Assembly: GCA_023247035.1 (NCBI GenBank)
Contig: JAHFHG010000002.1
Coordinates: forward strand, 12,090 to 76,089
DNA length: 64,000 bases
Source of the DNA: Candidatus Omnitrophota bacterium
GTDB lineage: Bacteria; Omnitrophota; Omnitrophia; Omnitrophales; Aquincolibacteriaceae
Direction of reading: 5' to 3'
The position numbers and the translations under genes are program-made. This document shows, piece by piece, positions 47,486 through 57,614 of this stretch. The notes under the pieces were generated by a model. The model saw only the letters and a list, made by a program, of their open reading frames with translations, was not told where the DNA came from and searched no databases. Positions within the stretch are counted from its first letter, which is position 1; each line of letters begins with the position of its first letter.

Positions 47486-47954
47486 GGCCTCGCCCTTGTC
47501 TCCCAAAGGCTGCTTATTCTGCCGCCTGGATTCGGAAAAGCGAGACAAGAAGAATTACATTCTCAAACGCACCCGCCACAGTTTTGCGGTACTCAATCTC
47601 TATCCTTATAATAACGGGCATACCCTGATCGTGCCGCGCAGGCACGGGAGCAGAGTCGAGACGTTAAGCGCCGCCGAAAAGCTGGACTGGCTCGCTTTGC
47701 ACGACGAGATCCTGAATGCGCTCAAGCGGGCGATGAATCCGGATGGGTTCAATGTCGGCATCAATCTGGGGAAATCCGCAGGGGCAGGAATTCCGGATCA
47801 TCTTCATCTGCACATTGTTCCGAGATGGAGGGGAGACACCAATTTTATGCCCGTTTTGACAAAGACAAAAGTGATCTCGGAATCGCTGGACTCAGCTTAT
47901 GTTTTGATCGCAGCGCAACTGGGCCGGAAGGATCGAAAAAAGCGAGGCCGGTGA
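47439..47954 (+). CDS. HIT-family protein (Ap4A phosphorylase / GalT-like branch)
   Basis: NLYPYNNGHTLIVPRRH ... HLHLHIVPRWRGD histidine triad. ATG at 47439 chosen. Confidence 0.75.
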   Translation: MDQLWAPWRKAYIRPKASPLSPKGCLFCRLDSEKRDKKNYILKRTRHSFAVLNLYPYNNGHTLIVPRRHGSRVETLSAAEKLDWLALHDEILNALKRAMNPDGFNVGINLGKSAGAGIPDHLHLHIVPRWRGDTNFMPVLTKTKVISESLDSAYVLIAAQLGRKDRKKRGR

Positions 47955-47967
47955 TCGCCGATAAGCA

Positions 47968-49134
47968 ATGAATAAAACTGGGGCGATAGGACTGAAAGTC
48001 ACTCGTTTTGATTATCAAAAATATGAGGAAAATTTTCTAGCTCCTTATGCGGTTAAGAGTTCTCAAAGCAGGGGGCGGAAACATAAGGAAAAAGAGCACG
48101 AATTCCGCACCGCTTTTCAGCGTGACCGGGACAGGATCATTCACTCGACCGCCTTCCGCCGCCTAGAATATAAGACGCAAGTTTTTGTCAATCATGAAGG
48201 GGATCATTACCGCACGCGCCTGACCCACACGCTCGAGACCTCCCAAATCGCCAGAACCATTGGCCGCGCCCTCCGGCTTAACGAAGATTTGGTGGAAGCG
48301 ATTGCGCTGGCTCATGATTTGGGCCACGGCCCGTTTGGCCACGCCGGGGAATGGGCTTTAAGCGAACTGATGAAAAATCACGGGGGCTTTGAACATAATG
48401 TTCAGACCTTGAGGATTGTAGAAGAATTGGAAGACAGCTACGTTGATTTCCCCGGACTCAACCTTACCTTTGAAACCTTAGAAGGGCTTAAGAAGCATCC
48501 CGAGCGTTTTTACCGGCGCCGCGCCCAGCGCTTCAGATCTCTTGAAGCGGATATCGTGGATCTTGCCGATGAAATTGCCTATTCCAATCACGACCTTGAC
48601 GACGGTCTCCGTTCCGAACTATTGAGTGAGGCGAGCCTGCGAGACCTTCATTTATGGCGGGAGGCGGAGAAATATATTGGGAATAAATACGCTTCGTTTT
48701 CGTCTAGGACCCAGAAGAAACGCCTGACGATCCGCTTGATGATCAACCGCTTGGCCACGGACGTGGTCGAGCATTCGGTCAAGCAGATCCGGCGGCTCGG
48801 AATCCGCTCTTTGGATGACCTTCAGAAGACCCGACCTCCCGTCATTTCATTATCGGACACAGGCCGGCGCAGTTTGGCGGAGCTTAAAAGATTTCTTTAC
48901 CAAAATCTTTATCAAAACTACCGCGTCATCCGGATGACCGATAAGGGACAGAGGTTTTTAAAGGCTCTTTTTCAGATTTATCTTCAGAAACCCGAGCAGC
49001 TTCCGCCGGATGCGCTGATGCGCCGCAAAAAAGAGGGGATTCACCGGGCCATTTGCGATTATCTGGCGGGAATGACAGACCGCTTTGCCCTGGATGAATA
49101 TAAACGTTTTTTTGAGCCTTATGAGCGTGTGTAG
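47968..49134 (+). CDS. dgt: dGTPase-like HD-domain triphosphohydrolase
   Basis: FQRDRDRIIHSTAFRRL...HTLETSQIAR...AHDLGHGPFGH. Confidence 0.85.
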   Translation: MNKTGAIGLKVTRFDYQKYEENFLAPYAVKSSQSRGRKHKEKEHEFRTAFQRDRDRIIHSTAFRRLEYKTQVFVNHEGDHYRTRLTHTLETSQIARTIGRALRLNEDLVEAIALAHDLGHGPFGHAGEWALSELMKNHGGFEHNVQTLRIVEELEDSYVDFPGLNLTFETLEGLKKHPERFYRRRAQRFRSLEADIVDLADEIAYSNHDLDDGLRSELLSEASLRDLHLWREAEKYIGNKYASFSSRTQKKRLTIRLMINRLATDVVEHSVKQIRRLGIRSLDDLQKTRPPVISLSDTGRRSLAELKRFLYQNLYQNYRVIRMTDKGQRFLKALFQIYLQKPEQLPPDALMRRKKEGIHRAICDYLAGMTDRFALDEYKRFFEPYERV

Positions 49135-49179
49135 GTTATAATCTACATATCATAATGTTATCCTATAGATATTAAAAGT

Positions 49180-50742
49180 ATGAATCAAAAACATAAAACA
49201 ACCGTTCTTGAACATTATCTGCTTCCGAACCCGGCGTGGCAGGAAGGCTATAAATCATTTAACCGCCTCTTTGGCCGTCCGCTGGGATGGCTTTTTCTTG
49301 TGGGAGAAGAAGGGGGCGACCTTCTGATCCGTCTTGACCGTAAAGGAGATTGTTCGTTCTACGCTAATTCTCTTTCGAACGCGGCCAGTTGCGAAGGGTT
49401 TCTTGTGAAATACAGTGAGCAGATGATGCAAAACGAGGAGATGATTAAAAAGCTGCCCTCCTTTTATAAATGTGCTTTTGGAAAAAATGGGGCCGTCTTT
49501 GCGTTGCAGCATCTTGAGCGCGTCAAAGGCTTTCTGATCCTTTGCGCTTTTAAACGCTCGGAAAAAGAAATCCGCGATCTTCTCGGCCCTTTTGACCATT
49601 TTTTAAAAAGCCACGTGGAGCTTGCCTATAAGACTTTTGAGCTCAACAATTTTTATGAGACCGTGCATCCCCGGGCGCTTGCTTTGTCGACGATCCATTC
49701 GGTGCACAGGGTCATCAGCTCCTCGCTGCGTTTAAATGAGCTTCTGCCGCGGATCGGCAGGTTGAGCGCGCAGGTCATGAAAGCCAAAGGGTGTTCCATT
49801 ATGCTGGTTGACTCCAATCACGAATTTTTATTTCCTTTTTTCTCGTTCGGAGATAACCGCAAATTTATTCACCGCCAAAGGCTCAGAATTGGAAGAGGCC
49901 TTGAGGGCCATATGGCCAAGACCGGTGACTTCCACTTGAGCCGGCGCTCAATCGCCGTGCCTTTTATCGACGACGATGTGGTCGGCGTGATCACGCTTTG
50001 GGATAAAATCGACAATCAGCCTTTTACAAAGACCGACCTTGAGATTCTCAAATCGCTTTCCGAGCAGGCCGTCGTCGCGATTAAAAACGCCCAGCTTTAT
50101 GAAGAAACCGAACAGTTGACCCTCGGAAGCATTAAGACCATCAACGAGCTTTTGGAATTAAATTTCGGCGTGGACCGGCGGCAGGTCCCGATTTTCGGCG
50201 AGGTGATTCTGGAAATCGGAAAAGAGTTGACCCTCTCCAGCCGGGAACTCGTGCAGCTTAGCCGGGCCGTGCTCCTTCTGGATACGGGGACTTTGGCGTT
50301 TCCTCAAGAAATTCTCCGGAAAAAAGGAAAGCTCACAAAAAAAGAATTTGAACTGATCAAAAGCATTCCTTTGCGCGGGGCGAATCTTTTGCGCTCGATT
50401 TCTTCCTTGAAACCGGTGATTCCGATCATTCTGCACCATCATGAACGTTATGACGGAAAAGGTTATCCTCAAGGGCTTCGCGGAGAAGAAATCCCTATTG
50501 GCGCACGGATTGTTTCTGTGGTAGACTCCTTCATCGCAATGATTTCGAAAAGTACTTACCGTGAGTCGATGACAATTGAAGAAGCCAAATCCGAAATCCA
50601 AGCCAATTCAGGAACACAGTTTGACCCGCACGTCGTGGAGTGTTTTATGAAGGTCGTTAGCCGGAAAGAAATTTTGGAGAAAGTTCATACCGTTCAAAAG
50701 CGGAACTCGAAAGAAGCCGGTAGTGGAGATCCGAAGAAATGA
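49180..50742 (+). CDS. GAF-domain HD-GYP phosphodiesterase (c-di-GMP signalling)
   Basis: HHHERYDGKGYPQGL HD-GYP signature; upstream GAF-like regions. Confidence 0.8.
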   Translation: MNQKHKTTVLEHYLLPNPAWQEGYKSFNRLFGRPLGWLFLVGEEGGDLLIRLDRKGDCSFYANSLSNAASCEGFLVKYSEQMMQNEEMIKKLPSFYKCAFGKNGAVFALQHLERVKGFLILCAFKRSEKEIRDLLGPFDHFLKSHVELAYKTFELNNFYETVHPRALALSTIHSVHRVISSSLRLNELLPRIGRLSAQVMKAKGCSIMLVDSNHEFLFPFFSFGDNRKFIHRQRLRIGRGLEGHMAKTGDFHLSRRSIAVPFIDDDVVGVITLWDKIDNQPFTKTDLEILKSLSEQAVVAIKNAQLYEETEQLTLGSIKTINELLELNFGVDRRQVPIFGEVILEIGKELTLSSRELVQLSRAVLLLDTGTLAFPQEILRKKGKLTKKEFELIKSIPLRGANLLRSISSLKPVIPIILHHHERYDGKGYPQGLRGEEIPIGARIVSVVDSFIAMISKSTYRESMTIEEAKSEIQANSGTQFDPHVVECFMKVVSRKEILEKVHTVQKRNSKEAGSGDPKK

Positions 50743-50963
50743 CCGCCGGAGTGGCGACGCAAAATCGTCCGTTTCAGACGGAGGTGCGGATGAAAAAAAT
50801 TCGCATTGAGAGGCCTGAAATTTCCCCGGCAAGAAATCCCGGCCAAACCCCGGGGAAGAATCCTTTAGGGCCAGGATTTCTGGGGTTATTGATTCTTACG
50901 TACCTGATTTCGGCGGTTTGCCTTTGCTGGATTTTTTACGTCCGCTCGAAGTTTTAAACCCGT

Positions 50964-51656
50964 TTGACCTCTCCGCAGAAGAGAGAAGGTTTTCTTTTGG
51001 ATGAAGCAGCCCGGATATTTTTAAGGCGGAATTTCCTTTTTTTTATTCTGGGCGCTGCGCTCTTCGGATGCTCCGGAAAGTCCGGCAGCCTCGAAGCCCT
51101 CAATAGGCAGCAGGCCGCGACCCTCCAAAGCCTTCATCATGAAATAGGCCGTTTGAATGCCGAACTTGAGTCCCTCCTTCAGTCCCGCGAAGAATTAGCG
51201 AAAACCAAATCCGACTTAGAAAAAAAATTACGCCAAGAACTGGCTTCCGGGAATCTTTCTGTCTCGATGCAGGATCGCGGGCTGGTCGTTACGGTTCTGG
51301 ACCGCGTTTTATTTGATTCCGGAAAGGCGGAGCTCAAAACGTCTTCCCTTAAGACGCTGGATAAGGTTGCGGAGATATTGGGCCAAAAAGTCCGCAAAAA
51401 CAGGGTTTATGTCGAGGGACACACCGATAACGAACCCATCCATCGTTCGGGGTGGCGCTCGAATTGGGAGCTTTCCGCGGCGCGCGCGACCGAAGTCATC
51501 CACTATTTTGTGGATGTGAAAAAACTCGATCCGGGGCGTCTGGCCGCAACGGGATATGGCGAGTTTTATCCGGTGGCGGAGAACAAAACCGAGAATGGGC
51601 GCCTCAAAAATAGGCGGGTCGAGATCGTCATTTCGCCTAAAAAGATCGGCAGTTAA
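50964..51656 (+). CDS. OmpA/MotB-domain protein (peptidoglycan-binding), probably a lipoprotein
   Basis: FDSGKAELK...YVEGHTDNEPI...WELSAARA OmpA_C motif. LFGCSG lipobox-like. Confidence 0.7.
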   Translation: MTSPQKREGFLLDEAARIFLRRNFLFFILGAALFGCSGKSGSLEALNRQQAATLQSLHHEIGRLNAELESLLQSREELAKTKSDLEKKLRQELASGNLSVSMQDRGLVVTVLDRVLFDSGKAELKTSSLKTLDKVAEILGQKVRKNRVYVEGHTDNEPIHRSGWRSNWELSAARATEVIHYFVDVKKLDPGRLAATGYGEFYPVAENKTENGRLKNRRVEIVISPKKIGS

Positions 51657-52177
51657 TGCTTCAAGAGCGGAGCCTATCCCGCAGGATTGTAAAAAAGGCA
51701 TTTCCCTTTCTAGGGCTTGCGGCTGCGGCCCTTTTTTTTATTCTGCCCGCCGCCGGCTTGTGGGTGGAGCGGGAATTGCAGGCCCGCTTAAAAATCGAGC
51801 TTCATGGAAAATTCGAGCCCGTTCTCTTTTCGCCTTCTTTTTACCTGCGCCATCTCGAATTCGTTTGGAAAGGAAAAGTGAAATTGATTTCCGGAGACCT
51901 TCAAGTGAAATACCGCTTGGGCGGGCTCCTCACGAAGAACGCCCTTCGCCTGGAACTCAAAGGAAAGAATTTGGAGGTTGAATTTTTAGACGAGTGGGCG
52001 GCCGCTCAAGGAATTGAAAAGGTAACCCTGCGATCCTTTTATGCGGATTTGGATCTCGGTCCTGAAGGCTTAAGAGAAATTTTTGCCCTTGATGCCGAGG
52101 CCCCTTCATTTCAGTTTCGAATCCAAAGAACCGAAAATAATGACAAATCACTTCCGTCTCGCGGAGAAAAGGTGTGA
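51656..52177 (+). CDS. Hypothetical membrane-anchored protein
   Basis: N-terminal TM helix. ORF overlaps both neighbours by 1-4 nt. Confidence 0.4.
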   Translation: MLQERSLSRRIVKKAFPFLGLAAAALFFILPAAGLWVERELQARLKIELHGKFEPVLFSPSFYLRHLEFVWKGKVKLISGDLQVKYRLGGLLTKNALRLELKGKNLEVEFLDEWAAAQGIEKVTLRSFYADLDLGPEGLREIFALDAEAPSFQFRIQRTENNDKSLPSRGEKV

Positions 52178-53658
52178 AACTCGGCGCGTTGTTCCAAGAT
52201 GTTCCTGTCCTTGAAAAAATCCACTGGGATCCCCATCGTTCCATAAAAAAAATCACTTCCGATTCGCGCGCGATCGAACCCGGAGATATTTTTGTGGCTT
52301 GTCCCGGTTCCCGGATGGACGGGCACGATTTTCTCGGCCAAGCTGTTTTGGCGAAGGCTTCGGCCGTTATTTTTGAGCGAATGCCGGAGATAAATCTTCC
52401 CAGCCGCGTGACGGGACTGAGAGTGGAGAATTCACAGGCTTGCCTGGCCGAAATTCTAAATCGTTTTTACGATTACCCGGACCGCAAAGTAAAGCTCGTG
52501 GGAGTGACGGGAACGAACGGTAAAACGACGATTGCTTATCTTTTGCACCAGATCCTTCGGGAAAAGGCGCGGGCCGCCTATGTTGGAACGCTTTGGTATG
52601 AGCTTCCGCACGGGAAGATTCAAGCTCCCAATACCACACCCGGCGCGGAGGTTCTTATTCCTCTTTTAAAACAGATGCAGCACGAACGGGTGGCCCATTG
52701 CGTGATGGAAGTATCCTCTCACGCGCTTGAGCAGCGGCGGGTTCACGGCCTTGAATTTGAGCTCGCCATTTTCACCCAGCTCACCCGGGATCACTTGGAT
52801 TATCACAAGGATATGGAGCATTATTTCCAATCCAAGCGTCTTTTATTTTCCAGCAAGCCCTTCCCGCGCCAAATCCTCATAAACAAGGATTGCCTTTACG
52901 GACAGCGGCTCCTCGAGGAGCATCCCAACGCAAAAAGCGTGAGTTTAAAAGGCCCTGCGGATTATGAGGTCGTCTCCTTTTCTCCTTCCTTTCAAGGCAG
53001 CCAGTTCCGGCTCCGCTTTAAAGGAAGGGAAGTCCCTTTTCATATCCGCCTTCCGATGCGGCATAATGTGGCCAATGTGGCAACCGTTTTAGCGGCCCTT
53101 CATCTTATGGGTTTGGATCCCGAAGAGTTTCGAGGGGTTTTATCCGAAATCCACGGCATCCCCGGACGGATGGAGGCCGTTTCAACGCTGGAGGAAAACT
53201 TTCAAGTTTTCGTCGACTACGCGCACACCCCGGACGCGGTCGAAAATGTCCTCTCCGAGGCGAGAAAACTGAATCCGAAACGGGTGCTGGCCCTTTTGGG
53301 CTGCGGCGGCGACCGGGACCGGGGTAAACGCCCGCTTATGGCTCAAATGGCGTGCCGTTATTCCGACATTGTCATTTTTACTTCCGATAATCCCCGTTCC
53401 GAAGATCCCGAAGCCATTTTGAGGGAGATTCAAAAAGGGGTCCCCGCCGCGGGCAAAGCAATCCAAGTGATCGAAATCCTCGACCGGCATGAAGCCATTG
53501 AAAAATTAGTCAGTTTGGCGGAACCGGGCGATGTCCTATTTGTTTTAGGTAAAGGCCACGAAAACTACCAAATCATCGGCGACAAAAAAAATCCTTTCGA
53601 TGATCGCCTGGTCGTCCAGGAATGCCTTAAAAGGAAAAGCGGTGTTTTCCTTTCTTGA
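52174..53658 (+). CDS. murE: UDP-N-acetylmuramoyl-L-alanyl-D-glutamate--2,6-diaminopimelate ligase
   Basis: VGVTGTNGKTT. Mur ligase domains. GTG start. Confidence 0.9.
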   Translation: MKLGALFQDVPVLEKIHWDPHRSIKKITSDSRAIEPGDIFVACPGSRMDGHDFLGQAVLAKASAVIFERMPEINLPSRVTGLRVENSQACLAEILNRFYDYPDRKVKLVGVTGTNGKTTIAYLLHQILREKARAAYVGTLWYELPHGKIQAPNTTPGAEVLIPLLKQMQHERVAHCVMEVSSHALEQRRVHGLEFELAIFTQLTRDHLDYHKDMEHYFQSKRLLFSSKPFPRQILINKDCLYGQRLLEEHPNAKSVSLKGPADYEVVSFSPSFQGSQFRLRFKGREVPFHIRLPMRHNVANVATVLAALHLMGLDPEEFRGVLSEIHGIPGRMEAVSTLEENFQVFVDYAHTPDAVENVLSEARKLNPKRVLALLGCGGDRDRGKRPLMAQMACRYSDIVIFTSDNPRSEDPEAILREIQKGVPAAGKAIQVIEILDRHEAIEKLVSLAEPGDVLFVLGKGHENYQIIGDKKNPFDDRLVVQECLKRKSGVFLS

Positions 53659-55054
53659 TGCGTCCCGCGCCCTGGGCATTGAACTGCAGTTTCCCGACCC
53701 TCGTTTTTCTTTCATTTCAGGGGCCTCGATAGATTCCCGGACCATCGAACGCGGTGAACTTTTTGTCGCTTTGCGGGGAAGCCGTGACGACGGACACCGT
53801 TTTCTTGCCGACGCTTTTCGCAAAGGGGCGTCCGGCGCGCTGATTGAAAAAAGTTTTTTTTCCTTCAAACAAAAAGAGCTGGCCCAAGCGCCTGTCCTTT
53901 ACAGGAATCTCTTGCTCGTGGCCGATCCTCAATCCGCCTTGGTGGATCTCGCCGCGCACCTTCGCCGTTTCTACCATCCTCTGACGGTCGGCATTACCGG
54001 CAGTGTCGGAAAAACGAGCGCCAAAGAATTTTTAAATTATCTCTTGGATAAAAAATTCAAAGTCCTTTCGAGCGCGGGCAATTTTAACAATCACTTGGGG
54101 CTTCCGCTCACCCTTTTGAGATTGAAGCCGGACCACCGGATTTGCATTGCCGAGCTCGGCGCGAATCACAAAGGAGAAATCCGTTGCTTGGCGAACCTTC
54201 TCATGCCGCAGCACGCGATCATTACCCGCATTTCTCCCGCCCATCTGAGCGGCTTCGGGTCGATGGAGGGAATTTATGAAGCGAAATTGGAAATCCTGGA
54301 ACCGCTGCCGGACGGCGCGGGGGTCGTTCTTCCCTATGAAGACCGACTGCTCTTCGAACGGGTCAGAAAGCGGAATGTCAAAATTCTGACCGTCGGACAT
54401 TCGTCGAACGCCGACTATTGCATTGAAAATGTAGCCGTCCGGAATTCGTGTGTAAGCTTCGAGCTGAACGGCCGGAGTTTTGCTTTTCCGGGTGTCGCAG
54501 GTTTTCTTGCAATCAACGCGGCAATGGCCATTGCAATGGCCGGACATATAGGCGTTTCTCCGGGAGAAATTCCGGAACGCTGGAGTGACCTGCGGCTGCC
54601 TGAAGGGCGTTTCCAGGAGCGGCATTTGGATCAGGATATCCGGGTGATTTACGACGGATACAATGCCAGCCCGGCTTCCTTTGAAGCGGCCCTTGACGCC
54701 TTTGAGATGATTGAGGCGACGGGCAGAAAATTTTTAGTCTTTGCGGATATGCTTGAATTGGGGGACGAGGCTTTCAAGTACCACGAAAGACTCGGCCGGA
54801 GGGCCTCGCGTTTTCCTCTGGATTATGCGGCGGCCTATGGGCCGAATGCGAAAGTAAGTATTGACGCCATTCGCCGGGAGAATCCGCTGATTCGGGCTGA
54901 ACACTTTGAGCGCGCCGAAGACGTAGCTGCATTTTTGCGGGATCAAATCCGCGCCGGAGACATCCTGCTTTTGAAGGCCTCGCGCGGCATGAAGATTGAC
55001 GAAGTTTTAGAATTCCTGGATCAGAAAAAATTGACCGCTCCGCCGCAGGGCTGA
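53642..55054 (+). CDS. murF: UDP-N-acetylmuramoyl-tripeptide--D-alanyl-D-alanine ligase
   Basis: ITGSVGKTS and the full Mur ligase architecture. Start approximate (GTG 53642). Confidence 0.85.
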   Translation: MFSFLDASRALGIELQFPDPRFSFISGASIDSRTIERGELFVALRGSRDDGHRFLADAFRKGASGALIEKSFFSFKQKELAQAPVLYRNLLLVADPQSALVDLAAHLRRFYHPLTVGITGSVGKTSAKEFLNYLLDKKFKVLSSAGNFNNHLGLPLTLLRLKPDHRICIAELGANHKGEIRCLANLLMPQHAIITRISPAHLSGFGSMEGIYEAKLEILEPLPDGAGVVLPYEDRLLFERVRKRNVKILTVGHSSNADYCIENVAVRNSCVSFELNGRSFAFPGVAGFLAINAAMAIAMAGHIGVSPGEIPERWSDLRLPEGRFQERHLDQDIRVIYDGYNASPASFEAALDAFEMIEATGRKFLVFADMLELGDEAFKYHERLGRRASRFPLDYAAAYGPNAKVSIDAIRRENPLIRAEHFERAEDVAAFLRDQIRAGDILLLKASRGMKIDEVLEFLDQKKLTAPPQG

Positions 55055-55154
55055 TGATTTTGATTTAAAAGTCGGCGGCCGCATAAGCCGGCGCCGGCTT
55101 CATTGAAAATATTGAAAATCAGGTTATCTTTCGGTTTTCGGACTTAGAAATAAA

Positions 55155-56240
55155 ATGTTTTATTTTTTATACCCTCTCAAAGACATCTCGATTGTTTTCA
55201 ATCTGTTCCGTTACATTACGGTCCGTTCAGCAGGAGCGAGCATTACGGCCTTTCTTCTGTCTTTGTGGCTTGGGCCGCGCATCATTGCGTGGCTGAAAAA
55301 AGTGAATGTGACCCAGAATCAAAAGCGCGAGTACGCCGAATCGATCCATACCTTTTATGCCCATAAAGAAAAAGTCCCCACGATGGGCGGCGTTTTGATT
55401 GTGGCGGCCGTAGTCATTTCAATGCTCCTCTGGGGAAATCTCACGAACTGGTTTGTCTGGATTCTGATCGGGACCATTACGAGTTTCGGCGCCGTCGGTT
55501 TTCTTGACGACTGGATCAAACTGCGCTCCCGAAGCTCGCGCGGCTTAGGTTCGCTTACGAAAGTCGTGGGCCAGCTTGTGATCGGAGTCGCCGTCGGGCT
55601 TTACCTTTATATGGATCCGGTTTTTGACAAATGGCTTTATTTTCCCTTCTTTAAAAAAGGGGCGATTTATCTGAGCGTCTTTTTTATCCCTTTTGTCGTC
55701 CTGGTCCTGGTCGGCTCGTCGAACGCCTTAAATTTGACGGACGGTTTGGACGGACTCGCCATCGGATGCACGCTTTTTACTTCCATTTCGCTGGGAATTA
55801 TCGCTTATCTGGTGGGGCGTGTCGATTTCGCTTCCTACCTTTCAATCCCTTATATTCCGGCCGCTGGAGAGATTGCAGTTTTTGCGGCGGCCCTGATCGG
55901 AGCCAGCGCGGGATTCCTATGGTTTAATTGTTATCCTGCCGAAGTCATGATGGGTGATACGGGATCTCTGGCGCTCGGGGGCGCCATCGGAACCATTGCC
56001 GTGATGACCAAGAAGGAAATGGTCCTCGTCATTATCGGCGGAGTGTTTGTGTGGGAGGCCCTTTCGGTGATCCTTCAGGTGGCAAGTTTTAAACTGTTTC
56101 ACAAAAGGATTTTTCGAATGTCTCCCTTTCATCATCATTTGCAGCTCAAGGGGTGGGCGGAATCCAAAGTGACGATCCGCCTTTGGATTATCGCGTTGAT
56201 TTTGGCTGTCGTGGGATTGAGCACCCTGAAGGTTCGCTGA
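55155..56240 (+). CDS. mraY: Phospho-N-acetylmuramoyl-pentapeptide transferase
   Basis: NALNLTDGLDGLA, and VMMGDTGSLALGG. Confidence 0.9.
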   Translation: MFYFLYPLKDISIVFNLFRYITVRSAGASITAFLLSLWLGPRIIAWLKKVNVTQNQKREYAESIHTFYAHKEKVPTMGGVLIVAAVVISMLLWGNLTNWFVWILIGTITSFGAVGFLDDWIKLRSRSSRGLGSLTKVVGQLVIGVAVGLYLYMDPVFDKWLYFPFFKKGAIYLSVFFIPFVVLVLVGSSNALNLTDGLDGLAIGCTLFTSISLGIIAYLVGRVDFASYLSIPYIPAAGEIAVFAAALIGASAGFLWFNCYPAEVMMGDTGSLALGGAIGTIAVMTKKEMVLVIIGGVFVWEALSVILQVASFKLFHKRIFRMSPFHHHLQLKGWAESKVTIRLWIIALILAVVGLSTLKVR

Positions 56241-56242
56241 AG

Positions 56243-57544
56243 ATGAAGGTTCCGGGACAGAAGGTAGCGATCCTAGGGCTCGGGGTGAGCGGGTATGAAA
56301 GCGCGCGGTTTCTTTTTGATAGGGGATTTCATCTTTTCGTATCGGATCAAAGCCAAACTCCTTTGCTTCAAGACCGGGCCCAAGGCTTGCGGCAAAAGGG
56401 GATCGAAGTGGAAACCGGCCGCCACAGCTTAGACCGCATTCTTAGATCCGACTGGGCGCTGATTTCTCCCGGCATAGCGCCTTCTTCGTCTGTTTATCAG
56501 GCCATTTGTGAAAAGGGGCTGCCGGTTTTTAGCGAGATTGAAGCGGCAAGCTGGTTTTGCCCGTCCCCAAAAATTATTGCGGTCACCGGATCCGCAGGCA
56601 AGACTACCGTTACGACGCTTCTCGCGCAGGCCACCCAAAAAGCATTTGGCGCTTCCTTTCTCTGCGGCAATATCGGCAATCCCTGGATCGGCGAGCTGCA
56701 TAAAATTTCCAAGGAGGATTTCGTCGTCCTTGAAGTGAGTTCTTTTCAGTTGATGCACTGCGAAAGTTTTCGCCCGCAGGTCGGCGTTTTGCTTAATCTC
56801 AGCCCCAATCATCAGGACTGGCACCGGGATATGCGGGAATATGCCGGCGCGAAATTGAGGATTTTCCGGAATCAAACGGAAAATGACTTCGCTGTTTTGC
56901 GCTTTAAGGATCAGGAATGTTTCTTTCCAGAATTCCAAGGGGGAGGGAAGGCCGTTTATTTCGATAAAGAAACGGACAAAAATCCCAATGAAGCTGCGGT
57001 CTTTTGCGTGGCGCGGCTTCTCGGAATCGAGGATTCGATCGTCGAATCGGTCTTGAGGAATTTCGAGGGCATCGAGCACCGCCTTGAAAAGGTGGCGTCT
57101 TCAAAGGGGGTCAATTATATCAACGACTCGAAGTGCACAACTCCGGCCTCACTCGCCTGGGCCCTCCAAAAATTTCCGGACGGGAGCGTCATTCTTTTGG
57201 CCGGGGGGCATCCGAAATCCAATGATTTCGATACGGTCAAAGATCTGGTTCATAAAAAAGTGAAACTGGCCTTGCTTCTCGGGGAGGCCCGGCTCCTGCT
57301 CCGCCGAGCCTGGCAGAAAGTTTGTGATTGGGATGAGGCGGAAAGTTTTCAAGAGGCGGTCTATAAAGCGCATTCGGCGGCGCGCGGCGGGGATACCGTG
57401 CTTCTTTCTCCGGCCTGCGCGAGTTTCGATATGTTCAAAAATTACCAGGAACGCGGAGCGGTATTTAAAAAATTGGTTCTCGAACTCACTGAAAGAAAAG
57501 GCGAAAGAAAAAACGATAAAGGGAAAATGACCGTTAAAAATTAA
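56243..57544 (+). CDS. murD: UDP-N-acetylmuramoylalanine--D-glutamate ligase
   Basis: KVAILGLGVSG...AVTGSAGKTT. Confidence 0.9.
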   Translation: MKVPGQKVAILGLGVSGYESARFLFDRGFHLFVSDQSQTPLLQDRAQGLRQKGIEVETGRHSLDRILRSDWALISPGIAPSSSVYQAICEKGLPVFSEIEAASWFCPSPKIIAVTGSAGKTTVTTLLAQATQKAFGASFLCGNIGNPWIGELHKISKEDFVVLEVSSFQLMHCESFRPQVGVLLNLSPNHQDWHRDMREYAGAKLRIFRNQTENDFAVLRFKDQECFFPEFQGGGKAVYFDKETDKNPNEAAVFCVARLLGIEDSIVESVLRNFEGIEHRLEKVASSKGVNYINDSKCTTPASLAWALQKFPDGSVILLAGGHPKSNDFDTVKDLVHKKVKLALLLGEARLLLRRAWQKVCDWDEAESFQEAVYKAHSAARGGDTVLLSPACASFDMFKNYQERGAVFKKLVLELTERKGERKNDKGKMTVKN

Positions 57545-57614
57545 AAATAAAGTAAAAAAAGAAATTCTGAATTTGAAGTTTCACATTTTTCCGTCTTTCC
57601 TTTTGACTTAAATC

